From: Candidatus Aminicenantes bacterium
Lineage (GTDB): Bacteria; Acidobacteriota; Aminicenantia; Aminicenantales; UBA4085
Reading direction: 5' to 3'
Length of the DNA: 64,000 nucleotides
Assembly: GCA_963803915.1 (NCBI GenBank)
Contig: CAWDOL010000015.1
Location: 24,323-88,322, forward strand
The notes beneath the pieces were generated by a model. The model was not told the DNA's origin and ran no database searches. It saw only the letters and a program-made list of their open reading frames with translations. Within the stretch, counting starts at the first letter, position 1; every line of letters starts with the position of its first letter. Below, in pieces: positions 52,547 to 63,344 of the stretch. A program made the position numbers and the translations under genes.

Positions 52547-53226
52547 TCACTCTCCGCCTCCGGCGACGATCCGGCCGTCTTCGAGCCGCACCGTCTGGGT
52601 GGCGTTGCGGAAGAGCGGCGCTTCGTGCGTGACCACGACCACGGTCAGGCCGTCGTCGCGGTTCAGCGATTCGAGCAGCTCGATGATCTGGCCGCTGGTC
52701 CTGGTGTCGAGGTTCCCGGTCGGCTCGTCGGCCAGGATGAGGCGAGGGCGGTTGAACAAGGCCCGGGCGATGGCCACCCGCTGCTTCTGGCCGCCCGACA
52801 GCTCGCCCGGACGGCTCGCCGAGCTTGCCTTCCAGGCCGACCCTGGTCAGGGCTTCCTCCGCGCGCGCCTCGGGGTTGCTCCCGTCCTCGTCGGCGAAGA
52901 ACGAAGCGACCGCCACGTTCTGCCGGGCGTCCAAGTGGTCGAGGAGGTGGAAATGCTGGAAGACGAAGCCCACGGTGCGGTTCCGGAACCGGCTCAGGTC
53001 GCGGTCGGTCATCGACTTGAGGTCGCGTCCGGCCACGACGGCCGACCCGGTGTAGCCCGAGTCCAATCCGCCGGCGATGTTGAGCAGGGTCGTCTTGCCC
53101 GAGCCCGAGGTGCCCGACGATGCGGACGAAGGCCCCGTCCTCGACGCGCAGGCTGACGCCGCGCAGCGCGTAGGCCGCGGACTCGCCTTTGCCGTAGACG
53201 CGGGTGATGTCCTGGAGCTCGATCAT
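52547..53226 (-). CDS. ABC ATP-binding protein (LolD/MacB-like); frameshifts
   Basis: GSGKTT Walker [32 protein letters not shown]. Confidence 0.9.
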
Positions 53227-53297
53227 GCGGTGGCTCGATCTTCCGGATTCTATACCGGGGAGCCCGGCGATTCAACCGAGCCCCGGGGGGCGAAGCG

Positions 53298-54695
53298 CTA
53301 AGCGTAGTACCGCAACACGAGGGCCAATAGCGCCAGCGCCGGGGCGAAGGCGGCGAAGGCCGTCAGGACGAGCCGGGCGGGCCGCGAGTCGCTGAAGCAG
53401 CGGCGGCAGGCGGAGATTATAGAGCGCCAGAAAGACGAGCGGGCCGAAGGGGATGAAGTAGCGCCCCTGGACCCCCTCGATGCCGGGGGAGCCGACGGGA
53501 TTCCAGAAAGCGTAGATCATCACAAGAATCGCCAGCCCTCCGGCCGCCGCCAGGCCGAGCGCGAAGGCCCGGCGGCCGCGCGAGATCGCAAGCCCGGGGA
53601 CTTTGTCGGTGAGTCCGGCGCCGACGAGAGCGATAGTAGAAGGTCCAAACCAGTCCGAAGGCAGAGCCACGTCGAGCCAACCGAGCTGGCCGATGAATTC
53701 GGGGAAATGGTCCCGGATGTGGACCGAGAGCGAGTGCCAAAGCGCGCCCAGAAACACGGATGGGTGCGAGAGCGCATAGCGGGCCTGGCCGAGGGCGGAA
53801 ACCCCGGCTTGCAGAGGCACGGAAGCTCCCGAGGCGGCCAACGACCAGGCTGCGGTCAATCCCCAGGCCACCAGGAGCGTGATGACAATGAGAGCTCTTT
53901 TCCCTTGGGACCTCCCAGCCGAGCGGCAGGGATGATGAAAACAAAAAGCGGCAGGATGGCGTAGACCGGCTTGCAGAGAGAGATCGAAACAGCGAGGGCG
54001 ACAATCGATAGCCTTGCGCGACGGTTCGCGGCGGGCGCGCCCCCCAACGCCGCCCGCAGGACGAGGGCGATAAAAAGAAACGCCGCGCCGTTCGTCACGG
54101 CATCCGCCGAGGCCGAGGCGGCCTGGGCCAGCGACATCGGTGCCAGCGCCAGCAGCATGAAGACCCATTGGAAGACCGGAGTCGTCTTGATCGCGGCGCC
54201 CGCAAGGAGCAGCCAAGCCAGCAGGTTGGCCAGGCGCATCAGATAGAGCAGTGCTAGGGGATGAGCCTTGACGAGCCGGCCCGCGGCGGCCGCGGCGGCT
54301 TGCGGCAGATAGGGGACGGGGGAATAGAGGACGGTCGTCGGAAAGTCCAGGAAAGAGCGATCATGCGGCGCCAAGGGCATGGCCAGCGCCCGCCGGATTT
54401 CGGCCAGGTTCGCCTTGACGCTTTCGTTGTGCGCGATATCGCCCATCGCCGACTCGGCGACGGATTTGAGACTCTTCGGGAGAACGCCGCCGGCCCGAGG
54501 CATCCCGCCGTCGCGCTCGGCGCGGCCCCGTATGCCCCCCTCGGACAATTGATAGGCCCGGTAGAAGTGCTCCGGCTCATCGGGGACCTGGAAGGGCGGC
54601 GTGAGGGCCAGGAAAAGAAGGCCGAGAATGGGCGCCAGGATGGAGAAGACGCGCGACGGCTCGGGCCAGGATGGTCGTTTCAGAGCCTTGTTCAT
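53298..54695 (-). CDS. DUF2142 membrane protein (GT-C-like); frameshifts
   Basis: TPPFQVPDEPEHFYRAY, YSPVPYLPQA, GQLGWLD, GVQGRYFIP. Confidence 0.85.
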
Positions 54696-54840
54696 CGCGT
54701 CGGCGTTCTCCCGATCCGGCCCATTATACCCTCTCTCTGCGGGCTTTGGCATCGCGGCGGGAGTTGAGGCCTGGTTTCCCCGGGGGGTGTTGCAATTCGT
54801 TTTGAAAAGCGCGAAGATGTGGCCACGAAGGAAGAGTGAC

Positions 54841-55311
54841 ATGGAGGGGAAAGCCTTTTCGGCCAAGCTCGTTCGCATGGAAGGCGTGGGAACCTGGACC
54901 TATTGCGATGTCCCCTTCGATGTGGAGAAGGCCTTCGGCAAAGGGGGCCAGGTCAAGGTCAAGGGGACGGTAAACGGGATTTCGTGCAAGAGCACGCTGC
55001 TGCCCAACGGCGACGGCAATCACTTCCTGGTCGTGCCCAAGCCCGTCCGCGACAAGGCCAAGATCAAGGCCGGCGACAGGGTCAGGGTCGTCCTGGAATA
55101 CGACGCGGCAGCCCGGATCGTCGAAGCCCCGCCCGACCTGGCCAAAGCCCTGGCCAGGAGCAAGGCCGCTAAGCAGGCCTGGGACGACTTCGCGCCTTCC
55201 CACCGCAAGGCTTACGTAGAGTGGGTCGTCGAGGCCAGGAAGGTCGAGACGCGCGCCCGCCGGGTCGAGAAGGCTGTGGCCATGATGGCCGAGAAAAAGC
55301 CGCTGGAGTAA
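54841..55311 (+). CDS. DUF1905 + YdeI/OmdA-domain protein
   Basis: VKVKGTVNG, PPDLAKAL, SHRKAYVEWV..ETRARR. Confidence 0.85.
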   Translation: MEGKAFSAKLVRMEGVGTWTYCDVPFDVEKAFGKGGQVKVKGTVNGISCKSTLLPNGDGNHFLVVPKPVRDKAKIKAGDRVRVVLEYDAAARIVEAPPDLAKALARSKAAKQAWDDFAPSHRKAYVEWVVEARKVETRARRVEKAVAMMAEKKPLE

Positions 55312-55322
55312 AGCTCCCCCGT

Positions 55323-55982
55323 TTAAAGCTCCCCGGTCGTCTCCTTGTTCAGCCGCCGGAAGAAGGCGGTCATGTAGGCGTGACGGCCGCGGGCCAGGCG
55401 CTTGCCCTCGGCCGTGGTCATGCGGTCTTTGACGTAGCGCAGCTTGACCAGAAATTCCCGGTAAGCCGTGTCTTCCTTGGTGTAAGGCTTGGTTTTGTCG
55501 ACGTCGACGGCAGGGTCGTGCATCCGGGCGCCCACTTCGCCGGCGAAAAGAAACGCCCGCCCGATGCCGGCCGCTCCGATGGAGTCGAGCTTGTCGGCGT
55601 CGAAGAGGATGCGGGCTTCGAGCGTCTCGGGCTTGGCCGCCTTCCGGAATCGGTGCGTCCCGATGCAGTGGACGATCGAGTCGATCATCGCCTCGTCCAG
55701 GCCGTGCCTCGCAAGGATGACCCGGGCCTCTTTGGCCCCGGCTTCGGCGTGGCAGACGCGTCCGTTGCTCTTGTCCTCCTCGGCCCGGCCGATGTCGTGC
55801 AGCAGCGCCGCCAGGCGGAGTATCGTCAGGTCGGCGCCCTCGCGTCGGCCGATGTGCAGGCAAAGGCTCAGAACGCGCTCGGTGTGGTCCCCGTCGTGGC
55901 TGCCGCGGGCGGCGTCCAAGCGGGCCCGGGCTTCGGCCCGGACGGCCTCGATCAAATCCTTGCCGGCGGCCGGGCGGCTCAA
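55323..55982 (-). CDS. HD-domain phosphohydrolase
   Basis: SHDGDHTERV, LLHDIGR, DADKLDSIGAAG; probable TTG start overlapping the upstream stop. Confidence 0.85.
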   Translation of the reverse strand: MSRPAAGKDLIEAVRAEARARLDAARGSHDGDHTERVLSLCLHIGRREGADLTILRLAALLHDIGRAEEDKSNGRVCHAEAGAKEARVILARHGLDEAMIDSIVHCIGTHRFRKAAKPETLEARILFDADKLDSIGAAGIGRAFLFAGEVGARMHDPAVDVDKTKPYTKEDTAYREFLVKLRYVKDRMTTAEGKRLARGRHAYMTAFFRRLNKETTGEL

Positions 55983-57376
55983 ATCGCCTCCTCGATGCGG
56001 GTTTCTACGGCCTTGCCGTCTGCCAGGCGGCTGTCCTCGGCGGCGAAGCCCATCAGGTGGCTTTCGACCGAGGCCTCGATGGTCGAGGTCAGCAGGCCGG
56101 GGTCGCGGCGGTCGACGGCCCGGATGAGGTCGTGGACCAGTCCGTAGTCGCCGCCGCCGTGTCCTGAGTCGATGACGGCGAAGTCTTTGACGGCCAGGGT
56201 GGCGACCGACGTCTTGGAGAAATTCCCGACCCGGATAGTCTCTTCGTCCCCGACCAGGTCGCCCTTCGTGCCCATGATCCGGGTCCGGCGCCCGGCGTAG
56301 GTCGTCAGGGCCTCCATGGAGAAGGCGGCCGTGGCGCCGCCTTCGAACTCCATGTTCACGACCTGGTGATCGACGACGTCGTTGTCGCAGGCGTAGACGC
56401 AACGGCCGTATGGACCCGTCTTGAGGGCCTGTAGGATCTCTTCTTTCGACCCGGTCTTGAGGTTGAGGTGGCCGAGCCAGCTCGAGCTCGCCAGGTAGAC
56501 CTTGAGGGCGGAGAAGGGGCATTCGGCTTCGACCGGGCAGCCGTCCGTGCAGCGGCCCGGCGCGCCCTTGGGGGCGCGAGCCGGGACGAACATCGACTGT
56601 GAACCGAAGGACGAGACGCGGCGGCAGGGCCGGCCGATGATCCAGCGCAGGATATCCAGGTCGTGGCAGGACTTGGACAGCAGCATCGGCGTGCTCTCGA
56701 TGGAGTTGCGCCAGGGGCCGCGGACGAAGGAGTGGGACATGTGGATGTGTTCGACCGGCTCCAGATGCTGCACGCTGACCAGATCGCCGATCGTCCCGTC
56801 GTCGACCAGGGCCTTGAGCTTGCGGAAGTAGGGCGTATAGCGCAGGACGTGGCAGACGGCGACGATGCGGTCGTGTTTGCGGCTTTGCACGAGGATGTTG
56901 CGGCACTGGACCCAGCTCTGGGCGATGGCCTTCTCCAGGAGGAGGTCGTAGCCGACCTCGATGGCCTTCATGGCCGACAGGTAGTGCAGGCGGTCCGGCA
57001 TGGTGATGAAGACGAGATCGGCGAACTTGGGGATGTCCAGGGCGTGCTCCCAGGTGACGAAGCGGTGCTCGTCGGGGATGCCGTATTTCTTGGCGAACCG
57101 CTCGTTCTTGTGGGCCACGGGCTCGGCCACGCCCACGATCTTGAGCTCGTCGGGGTGGGCGGCGGCGTAGCCGGCGTAGACGTTGCCGCGGTTGCCGGCG
57201 CCCAGGACGACCGCGGTCAGCGGCCGGGACGGCTTGGCCTGCAGGCCCGGCGGAAGGGGAGGGGCGGGGACGATTGTTGCAGCCGATACGCCGCCCGCAG
57301 ATGCCGCCGGCAGGGCGGCTCCGGCGGCCAGCGTTCCGAGGGTTTTAAGGGCGTCGCGGCGGTTCATGGCGGACAT
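55979..57376 (-). CDS. Tat-exported Gfo/Idh/MocA oxidoreductase
   Basis: NRRDAL Tat motif, GAGNRG, CHVLRY, KSCHDLD, GHGGGD. Confidence 0.9.
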   Translation of the reverse strand: MSAMNRRDALKTLGTLAAGAALPAASAGGVSAATIVPAPPLPPGLQAKPSRPLTAVVLGAGNRGNVYAGYAAAHPDELKIVGVAEPVAHKNERFAKKYGIPDEHRFVTWEHALDIPKFADLVFITMPDRLHYLSAMKAIEVGYDLLLEKAIAQSWVQCRNILVQSRKHDRIVAVCHVLRYTPYFRKLKALVDDGTIGDLVSVQHLEPVEHIHMSHSFVRGPWRNSIESTPMLLSKSCHDLDILRWIIGRPCRRVSSFGSQSMFVPARAPKGAPGRCTDGCPVEAECPFSALKVYLASSSWLGHLNLKTGSKEEILQALKTGPYGRCVYACDNDVVDHQVVNMEFEGGATAAFSMEALTTYAGRRTRIMGTKGDLVGDEETIRVGNFSKTSVATLAVKDFAVIDSGHGGGDYGLVHDLIRAVDRRDPGLLTSTIEASVESHLMGFAAEDSRLADGKAVETRIEEAI

Positions 57377-57446
57377 GGAGGCCTCCAAGGGAAGGGTAGC
57401 TTCCGCCACTATATTTCCCCGCGTGGGGGGCGTCAAGAAGGAGGGG

Positions 57447-58805
57447 TCAGACGGCGGGGGAGGCGGAAGGGCCAAACGGAGCGGCGCCGGAGCGTTGGGG
57501 CCTGCCGGAGCCGGCCCCGCCCGCGCGGGGCGGACGTCCGCCCCCGCCGCCGCTTCGCCCCTGCCCGGACCCGGATGAGCGGCTTCCGCCGTGTCCGCCC
57601 GAGCTTCGGCCGCCCCGGTCGCGTCCCCGGGTGTCGCCGTACTCCCGCAGGATCTCCTGGCCGACGCTGCGGTCGATGGCGTACATCGAGGCGACGGCCC
57701 GCTTCTCCGGGATCATGCGGCCGATGTAGCGCTCGATCGGGTAGAGGTTCTCCAGGAACTTCTCGCAGGCGAAGGAGACCGACTTGCCCGTCGCGCCCGC
57801 CCGGCCGGTGCGGCCGATCCGGTGGACGTAGTTCTCGGCCTCCTGGGGCAGGTCGTAGTTGACGACCAGCTCGAGGGCGTCGATGTGCAGGCCGCGGGCC
57901 GCCACGTCGGTGGCGACCAGGATGGGGAACTTGCCGGCCTGAAAGTCCTCCATAACCCGCATGCGCTTGATCTGCGGCAGGTCGCCGCTGAGAAAGCGGG
58001 CCTTGTAGCCGTTCTTTTCCAGCTTGCGGGCCAGGCGCTCGGCCTCGTGCTTCTGGTTGGTGAAGACCAGGGCGTTGTTGGGCTTCTCCTCGGCCAGGAT
58101 GCCCAGCAGCAGGTTCAGCTTGAGGTGGCTCTTGACGTGGTACAGCTCCTGGCTGATGGCCTCGACCGGGATCCGCTCGGGGCTGAGCTCGATGAAGACC
58201 GCCTCGTTGAGGTAGACCAGGGCGATGCCGCGTGCGGCCCGGTCGAGTGTCGCGCTGAAAAGCATGCTCTGGCGGACGCCGGGCGGAGGCAGGTGCGAGG
58301 CGATCCGGCGCAGGTCGGGCAGGAAGCCCATGTCGAAAAGCCTGTCGGCCTCGTCGATAACCAGGACGTCGAAGGTCTTGGGATTGAGGGTCCGCTTCTG
58401 GATCAGGTCGAGCAGGCGCCCGGGCGTGCCCACGGCGATGTCGACACCCTTGCGGAGAAGCCGTTCCTGGCCCTCGTAGCCGACGCCGCCGTAGATGGCG
58501 GCCGTGGTGAAGCCCAGGTCTTTGCCCAGAAGCGCGGCCTCGCCCTCGATCTGGACGGCCAGCTCGCGGGTCGGCGAGATGATCAGGGCCCGGCCCCGCT
58601 TACCCTCGGAGCGCAGCAGGCTCTCGAAGATGGTGATCAGGAAGGCGGCGGTCTTGCCCGTCCCGGTCTGGGACTGGACGGCGGCGTCGCCGCCGCGGAG
58701 CGTTACGGTCAGCGTCTTTTCCTGGACGTCGGTTGCGTCGGTGTAGCCCCGGTCCGCGATGGCCTGTTGCAGACGCGGATGGAGGCCGAATTCGTCAAAG
58801 CGCAT
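57447..58805 (-). CDS. DEAD-box RNA helicase (RhlB/RhlE-like)
   Basis: QTGTGKT, PTRELA, DEAD, SAT, ARGLHI, HRIGRTGR; Gly/Arg-rich tail. Confidence 0.95.
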   Translation of the reverse strand: MRFDEFGLHPRLQQAIADRGYTDATDVQEKTLTVTLRGGDAAVQSQTGTGKTAAFLITIFESLLRSEGKRGRALIISPTRELAVQIEGEAALLGKDLGFTTAAIYGGVGYEGQERLLRKGVDIAVGTPGRLLDLIQKRTLNPKTFDVLVIDEADRLFDMGFLPDLRRIASHLPPPGVRQSMLFSATLDRAARGIALVYLNEAVFIELSPERIPVEAISQELYHVKSHLKLNLLLGILAEEKPNNALVFTNQKHEAERLARKLEKNGYKARFLSGDLPQIKRMRVMEDFQAGKFPILVATDVAARGLHIDALELVVNYDLPQEAENYVHRIGRTGRAGATGKSVSFACEKFLENLYPIERYIGRMIPEKRAVASMYAIDRSVGQEILREYGDTRGRDRGGRSSGGHGGSRSSGSGQGRSGGGGGRPPRAGGAGSGRPQRSGAAPFGPSASPAV

Positions 58806-58976
58806 AATGAATCCTTAAAAAAATATTTCAACACGAGGATGGGGGTCGCCCGTCGGAGGGATGCGGAACGAATCGTGGCACGATACGGCAGACGCTTTCA
58901 ACTCGATGTCAAGAGAGTAGTATAGCCTTTCCGGCACCGGGATGCAAGCGGCCGAATCGGGCCCGGCGGCCGCCTC

Positions 58977-59435
58977 CTAGAGAAAAACCATGCCCAGCAG
59001 GTCGGCCACCAGGGCGGGCTTGTCGAGGCCCTCGATCTCGATCGTGCATTCGATCTTGAGCAGCAAGCGGAAGAACCCCTTGCGCCGCACTTCGCGCAGG
59101 ACGGCCCGCATCCGGATCCGCTGGCCCGGCCGGACCGGGTGGACGAAGCGAACCCGGTCCAGTCCGTAGTTGACCGCCATGCGGAAGCGGGACTGGAAGA
59201 TGGCGCTCTCCTGGAGCCAGCCGGGGATGAGCGAGAGGACGAGAAAGCCGTGGGCCACCGTGCCTTTGAGCGGGCCGGCGGTTGCCCGCTCGCGGTCGAC
59301 GTGGATCCATTGCCTGTCGCCTGTGCACTCGGCGAAGGCGTCGATCCGGTCCTGAGCCATGATCAGCCAATCCGTAAGGTGCAGCTCCGTCCCGATCAGA
59401 GCTTTCAGCCGGCGAGGGGAGAAGCGCTCTTTCAT
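58977..59435 (-). CDS. MaoC-family dehydratase
   Basis: TGDRQWIHVD, AHGFL, NYGLDRVRF. Confidence 0.9.
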   Translation of the reverse strand: MKERFSPRRLKALIGTELHLTDWLIMAQDRIDAFAECTGDRQWIHVDRERATAGPLKGTVAHGFLVLSLIPGWLQESAIFQSRFRMAVNYGLDRVRFVHPVRPGQRIRMRAVLREVRRKGFFRLLLKIECTIEIEGLDKPALVADLLGMVFL

Positions 59436-59453
59436 GGACCTTTCTCCCGGCGC

Positions 59454-60176
59454 CTAGAACATGAAGCCCAGGCTCGCCGTCAGGGCCAGGGTGGAGGAGC
59501 GGAGCAGGCGCCCAAGCTTTGGGCCGTTCTGGAAGGTGCGCAGGTGGTTGATATCGCGTCCCTTGCCCTCGCCGTAGGCGTAGAAATAGCCCTGGACGCG
59601 GTAAACGACGCCCAGGTCGAGGAATGTGTCGGGGGCTAAGTCCCAGACCAGCCCGGCTCCCGCTTCGAGTCCCAGGCCGATGTATGCCGCGTCCAGCGAT
59701 TCGCCCAGGTAGGAGGCGCCGTCGCGGACGAAGACCAGCGGCAGATCGATGCCCAGCAGCGCGTAGGGCTGCAGAAGCCGGCCTGGCCAGAAGAACGACC
59801 GGCCGCTGATCTCCAGCTCATGCATCTGGATCGTCCGGTCCCTCCCGTTGACGGAGGCCTTGGGCAGGGCCAGCGAGTAGCGGACTTCCCAGGAGCCATA
59901 GGCCGTTTTGCGGCCGATGCCGAGGCCGAGCCCATAGCCGCGGCCATCGTCCCCGGTCAAGCGTGGGATGTAGAACGCCTTGTCGAAATGCCAGAGGGTC
60001 CAATCCTTGCGGAAATCCCCGCTGACGTACTGTAACCGGGCCGAGAGCGAGGCGTAGAAGCCCTCGTTGCGGGCCTTGGCCAGCTCGAACCGCTTGTCGT
60101 AGCCGGATGCCGTCAGGGCCGGGGCCATGACCATTAAGGCTAGGGCCGCCAGGCCGGCCAAGAGTCGCTTTTTCAC
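59454..60176 (-). CDS. Small outer-membrane beta-barrel-like protein
   Basis: Signal peptide, amphipathic beta strands, C-terminal Phe; TTGACA-17-TACAGT ends 7 nt before the GTG. Confidence 0.65.
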   Translation of the reverse strand: MKKRLLAGLAALALMVMAPALTASGYDKRFELAKARNEGFYASLSARLQYVSGDFRKDWTLWHFDKAFYIPRLTGDDGRGYGLGLGIGRKTAYGSWEVRYSLALPKASVNGRDRTIQMHELEISGRSFFWPGRLLQPYALLGIDLPLVFVRDGASYLGESLDAAYIGLGLEAGAGLVWDLAPDTFLDLGVVYRVQGYFYAYGEGKGRDINHLRTFQNGPKLGRLLRSSTLALTASLGFMF

Positions 60177-60248
60177 GGGGGAGACTGTAGCGTTCCCCCC
60201 CTGGGCTGTCAAGAGCCGCTGCCGGCCCCGTCCGGAGGCGTCAGGTCC

Positions 60249-60704
60249 CTACCAGGGATAGCTTTCGTAATCCGGGTTGCCGAAATAGCAGGGCTCGATA
60301 TGCCAGCCTTCGCCCTCAAATATGAAGGATGTCTCGGTCATCTTGCCCTTCAGCTTGAAGGTGATGGTCCCGTTCCAGGTGGCCTTCTGGTCGCCGGTCA
60401 GGGCGATATTCCGGCTGGGGATGCCGCTACCGGGAGGGACGAGGGATGTGAGCTTGATCACGATGGGCATGGTGATCTCGTCGAACCTCTCGAAGGCGGA
60501 TTTCCAATGCCTCAGGGCGGCCCGCTTGCCGACATGGGGCTTCTGGCTGGCCCGCGCATAGACCAGCGAATCGTCGTTGTACTTGTCCTTGATCTCCTTG
60601 CGGCGGTCCGGATCGTTGTATTTGACCCTGAGGTCCTTGTACCAATCCGTGATCTTCTCCTCCGCCTCCTCCCAGGTCCAAAGATGCTTCTTTTCCACCT
60701 CCAC
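60249..60704 (-). CDS. Hypothetical protein, possibly NTF2/SnoaL-like
   Basis: AGGAGG RBS; 28 nt downstream of the kinase gene. Confidence 0.6.
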   Translation of the reverse strand: MEVEKKHLWTWEEAEEKITDWYKDLRVKYNDPDRRKEIKDKYNDDSLVYARASQKPHVGKRAALRHWKSAFERFDEITMPIVIKLTSLVPPGSGIPSRNIALTGDQKATWNGTITFKLKGKMTETSFIFEGEGWHIEPCYFGNPDYESYPW

Positions 60705-60732
60705 CCTCCTTGACTGGCCTTGAATTCTCCGG

Positions 60733-63252
60733 TCAAAGACCGGCGCAGATCCTGTTGAATCCGTCCTCGACCCTCTTGCGATCGGCCAGGATAGCCTGGA
60801 ATCGGGGCTCCGGCCGCAGCTGTTCGAACATGGGATTCTTGGCCAGATAAGTATATCCGTAGAGGTAATCCTTGAAGGCCAGGAAGCCCTTGTCGATCCC
60901 CTCTCGGATTGCCGCCACGGCCTCTTCCTTCCGTCCCAGCAGGCAGAAGACTTTCACCGCATCCAATGCGAAGTCTCTTCCCGAGGCCTTGATCAGGCCG
61001 AGGGCCTTCTCCTCATCACCATCCGCGGCGGCCAGCCAAGCCTGCATGAGGCCGTACTGGCGCCGGATGGTCGGGGACATCTTCTCGGCGCTTCCCAGAG
61101 CCGCCAGCTCCTGCCGCGCCTCCGCGTTCCGGCCCTGGGACATGAGCATCCGGCCCAGAAGCAGCCGGACCCGTCCATTGTTCGGGTCCACGGCCTGCGC
61201 TTCCCGCACGACAGCTTCCGCTTCGGCGAAGCGGCCCAGGCTTCCGAGGCAGACGGCTAGCTGGAAGCCCGGACCGATGTAGAGAGGATCGACCTCTCGG
61301 CCCAGTTGGGAGGCCCGCTCGAAATACCCCACGGCTTTCTCAAACAAGCCCAAGCTCCGCAGGAAGGCGCCGACGGCCAGCAGCACGGAGGCCTGCTTCG
61401 GGGCCGCCTCGCGGGCCTGCAGGAAATATCGGGCCGCCTCTTCCTGACTCTGCTGGTAGAAGTAAGTCCAGCCCATGGCGATCATCGAGTCGGGCAGGTT
61501 CGGGTCTGTTTCATAGGCGTCGCGGTAGCTTTCCAACATCAGGGCCAGATCGGTCGGGTCCCCGGCCTTGACGTAGCGGGCCTCGTGCAGGTCGCCCAGA
61601 CCCCGCAGGGCCAGGGTGTATCGGGCGTCATGAGTCAGGGCAGCACGGTAAAGCCGAGCCGCTTCCTGAAAGTCGGTTGCCGCGTCACCGTCGCGATAGC
61701 GGGCTTCCAGGCGCCGGCCCATAAGGTAATCCGTGTAGGCCTCCAGGCTGGCCGGGTCGGCGGCTGACCGGGTGGGGGCGACACCCTTGGCCCGGAAGGA
61801 GGCCAGCCAGTCCATGACATCGGCCGTGATCTGAGCCTGGATGGCAAAGTATTCGCGCTCCGAGCCGCTGTACGGCATGCGCCATACGACGACTCCGGAG
61901 CGGGCGTCGCTCAAGGTCATCTCGGCCGACAAGGCGTCCTGATGAAAGTCCAAACGGCCCGAGAGGATGTGTCGAGCCCCCAGGGCCCGGCCGATGGCGT
62001 CGGAAGCCGCGTCGGAGTCGCGATAGCGGTTGGAGGAATACTCCGAGATGATCTTCAGCCCGCCGACGGCGGCCAGCTTGTCGCGCAGGTCGCGGGTCAT
62101 GCCGTCGCAGAAAACCGCCTGATCGCGGCTGGAGCTGGCGTCGAGGAGGGGCAGGACCGCTAAACGGTTGTCCCAGCCCGGCGGAGGGGGCGGCGCCGAT
62201 AGGCTGCGGACAATCAGGTAGGCAGCAAGCCCGAGAATCATGGCTGCCACGGCGGCGACCCCTGCCACTCGGAAGCGGCGAGCGCGGGAAGCCGTTGTGG
62301 CCGCGGTTTGGGGGATCGGCGTCCGGGATTCAGGCCCGGACTCCATTTCCGCCGCGATAGCTTCGAGGTCAGCGTCCATAATATCGGCCGAAGCCGGCCG
62401 CCCGGCCGGGTCCTTGGCCAGGCAGCGAAGGATGAGACCATCGAGCGCGGCCGGCAAGGCCGGGTTGATCGAGGCGGGGGATGGAGGCGCCACCATGAGC
62501 CGCCGCCGAGCTAAAGCTCCCTCCGACTCGGCCTCGAACGGCAAGCGCCCGGTGGTCATCTCGAAGAGAATGACGCCCAGGGCGTAAAGGTCCGTCCGGG
62601 AGTCGACATCACGCCCTTCGACCTGCTCCGGGGCCATATAGGCGGGCGTTCCGATCATGGATCCCTCGCGCGTCGGGCCGCCCCCCGCCATCGGCCGGGC
62701 GATGCCGAAATCCATGATCCGCAGCCGGTGCCGCTCGTCGATCATCAGGTTCTGGGGCTTGAGATCGCGATGGATGATGCCCGCCCGGTGGGCTTCGGCC
62801 AGGCCGGCGCAGGCTTGGCGGGCGTAGCCGACCGAGGTCCGTGGATCGAGCCGTCCGGCCATGTTCAGGACGGCGCGCAGCGTCTGCCCGGGAGCGTATT
62901 CCATGGTCAGGAAGGCGGTCCCGTCGGACTCCCCGAAGTCGTGGACCCGGACGACATTGGCATGGGTCACCCGCCGAGCCGAGGTCAGTTCGCGTCGAAA
63001 ACGCTCCAGGCTGTGCGGTTCGGCTGCTATCTCGGGGGCCAGGATCTTGAGTGCGATTCTCTCCTTGAGCTTGGTGTCCTGGGCTTTGTAGACCACACCC
63101 ATTCCCCCCCGGCCGGCCTCTTCGATGATCAAATAGCGGCCGGCGAAGAGGGTCCCCGGCGCCAGGGCCCCCGATTCCGTCTCCAGCGTGCGGGTGAGGA
63201 TGTTCCCCTCCCTTTGGGATTGAATATAGTCCGGCCCGCGAACGGGTGTCAA
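60733..63252 (-). CDS. Hanks-type Ser/Thr kinase with TM helix, TolB-like and TPR regions; start uncertain
   Basis: GRGGMGVVY, ALKIL, HRDLKPQN, DFG, GTPAYMAPE, LAVLPL, TPR-like helices. Confidence 0.92.
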   Translation of the reverse strand: MTPVRGPDYIQSQREGNILTRTLETESGALAPGTLFAGRYLIIEEAGRGGMGVVYKAQDTKLKERIALKILAPEIAAEPHSLERFRRELTSARRVTHANVVRVHDFGESDGTAFLTMEYAPGQTLRAVLNMAGRLDPRTSVGYARQACAGLAEAHRAGIIHRDLKPQNLMIDERHRLRIMDFGIARPMAGGGPTREGSMIGTPAYMAPEQVEGRDVDSRTDLYALGVILFEMTTGRLPFEAESEGALARRRLMVAPPSPASINPALPAALDGLILRCLAKDPAGRPASADIMDADLEAIAAEMESGPESRTPIPQTAATTASRARRFRVAGVAAVAAMILGLAAYLIVRSLSAPPPPPGWDNRLAVLPLLDASSSRDQAVFCDGMTRDLRDKLAAVGGLKIISEYSSNRYRDSDAASDAIGRALGARHILSGRLDFHQDALSAEMTLSDARSGVVVWRMPYSGSEREYFAIQAQITADVMDWLASFRAKGVAPTRSAADPASLEAYTDYLMGRRLEARYRDGDAATDFQEAARLYRAALTHDARYTLALRGLGDLHEARYVKAGDPTDLALMLESYRDAYETDPNLPDSMIAMGWTYFYQQSQEEAARYFLQAREAAPKQASVLLAVGAFLRSLGLFEKAVGYFERASQLGREVDPLYIGPGFQLAVCLGSLGRFAEAEAVVREAQAVDPNNGRVRLLLGRMLMSQGRNAEARQELAALGSAEKMSPTIRRQYGLMQAWLAAADGDEEKALGLIKASGRDFALDAVKVFCLLGRKEEAVAAIREGIDKGFLAFKDYLYGYTYLAKNPMFEQLRPEPRFQAILADRKRVEDGFNRICAGL

Positions 63253-63344
63253 GAAGAAGGGCCGGCATCCCCGGTTTGTTCGGGCCTCCCCGAAATCGGG
63301 GGAAGCGTCTATAATAGGGATATCCGGACAGGAAGGAGGGCCGC

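Noticed and set aside
1-54700. Many frameshifts read as mass pseudogenisation or programmed recoding
   Set aside because: Single-base indels in GC runs with otherwise intact motifs, even in addA; most consistent with long-read consensus errors, though reads are needed to confirm
57447-57640. Gly/Arg/Ser low-complexity repeats
   Set aside because: Ordinary disordered tail of a DEAD-box helicase
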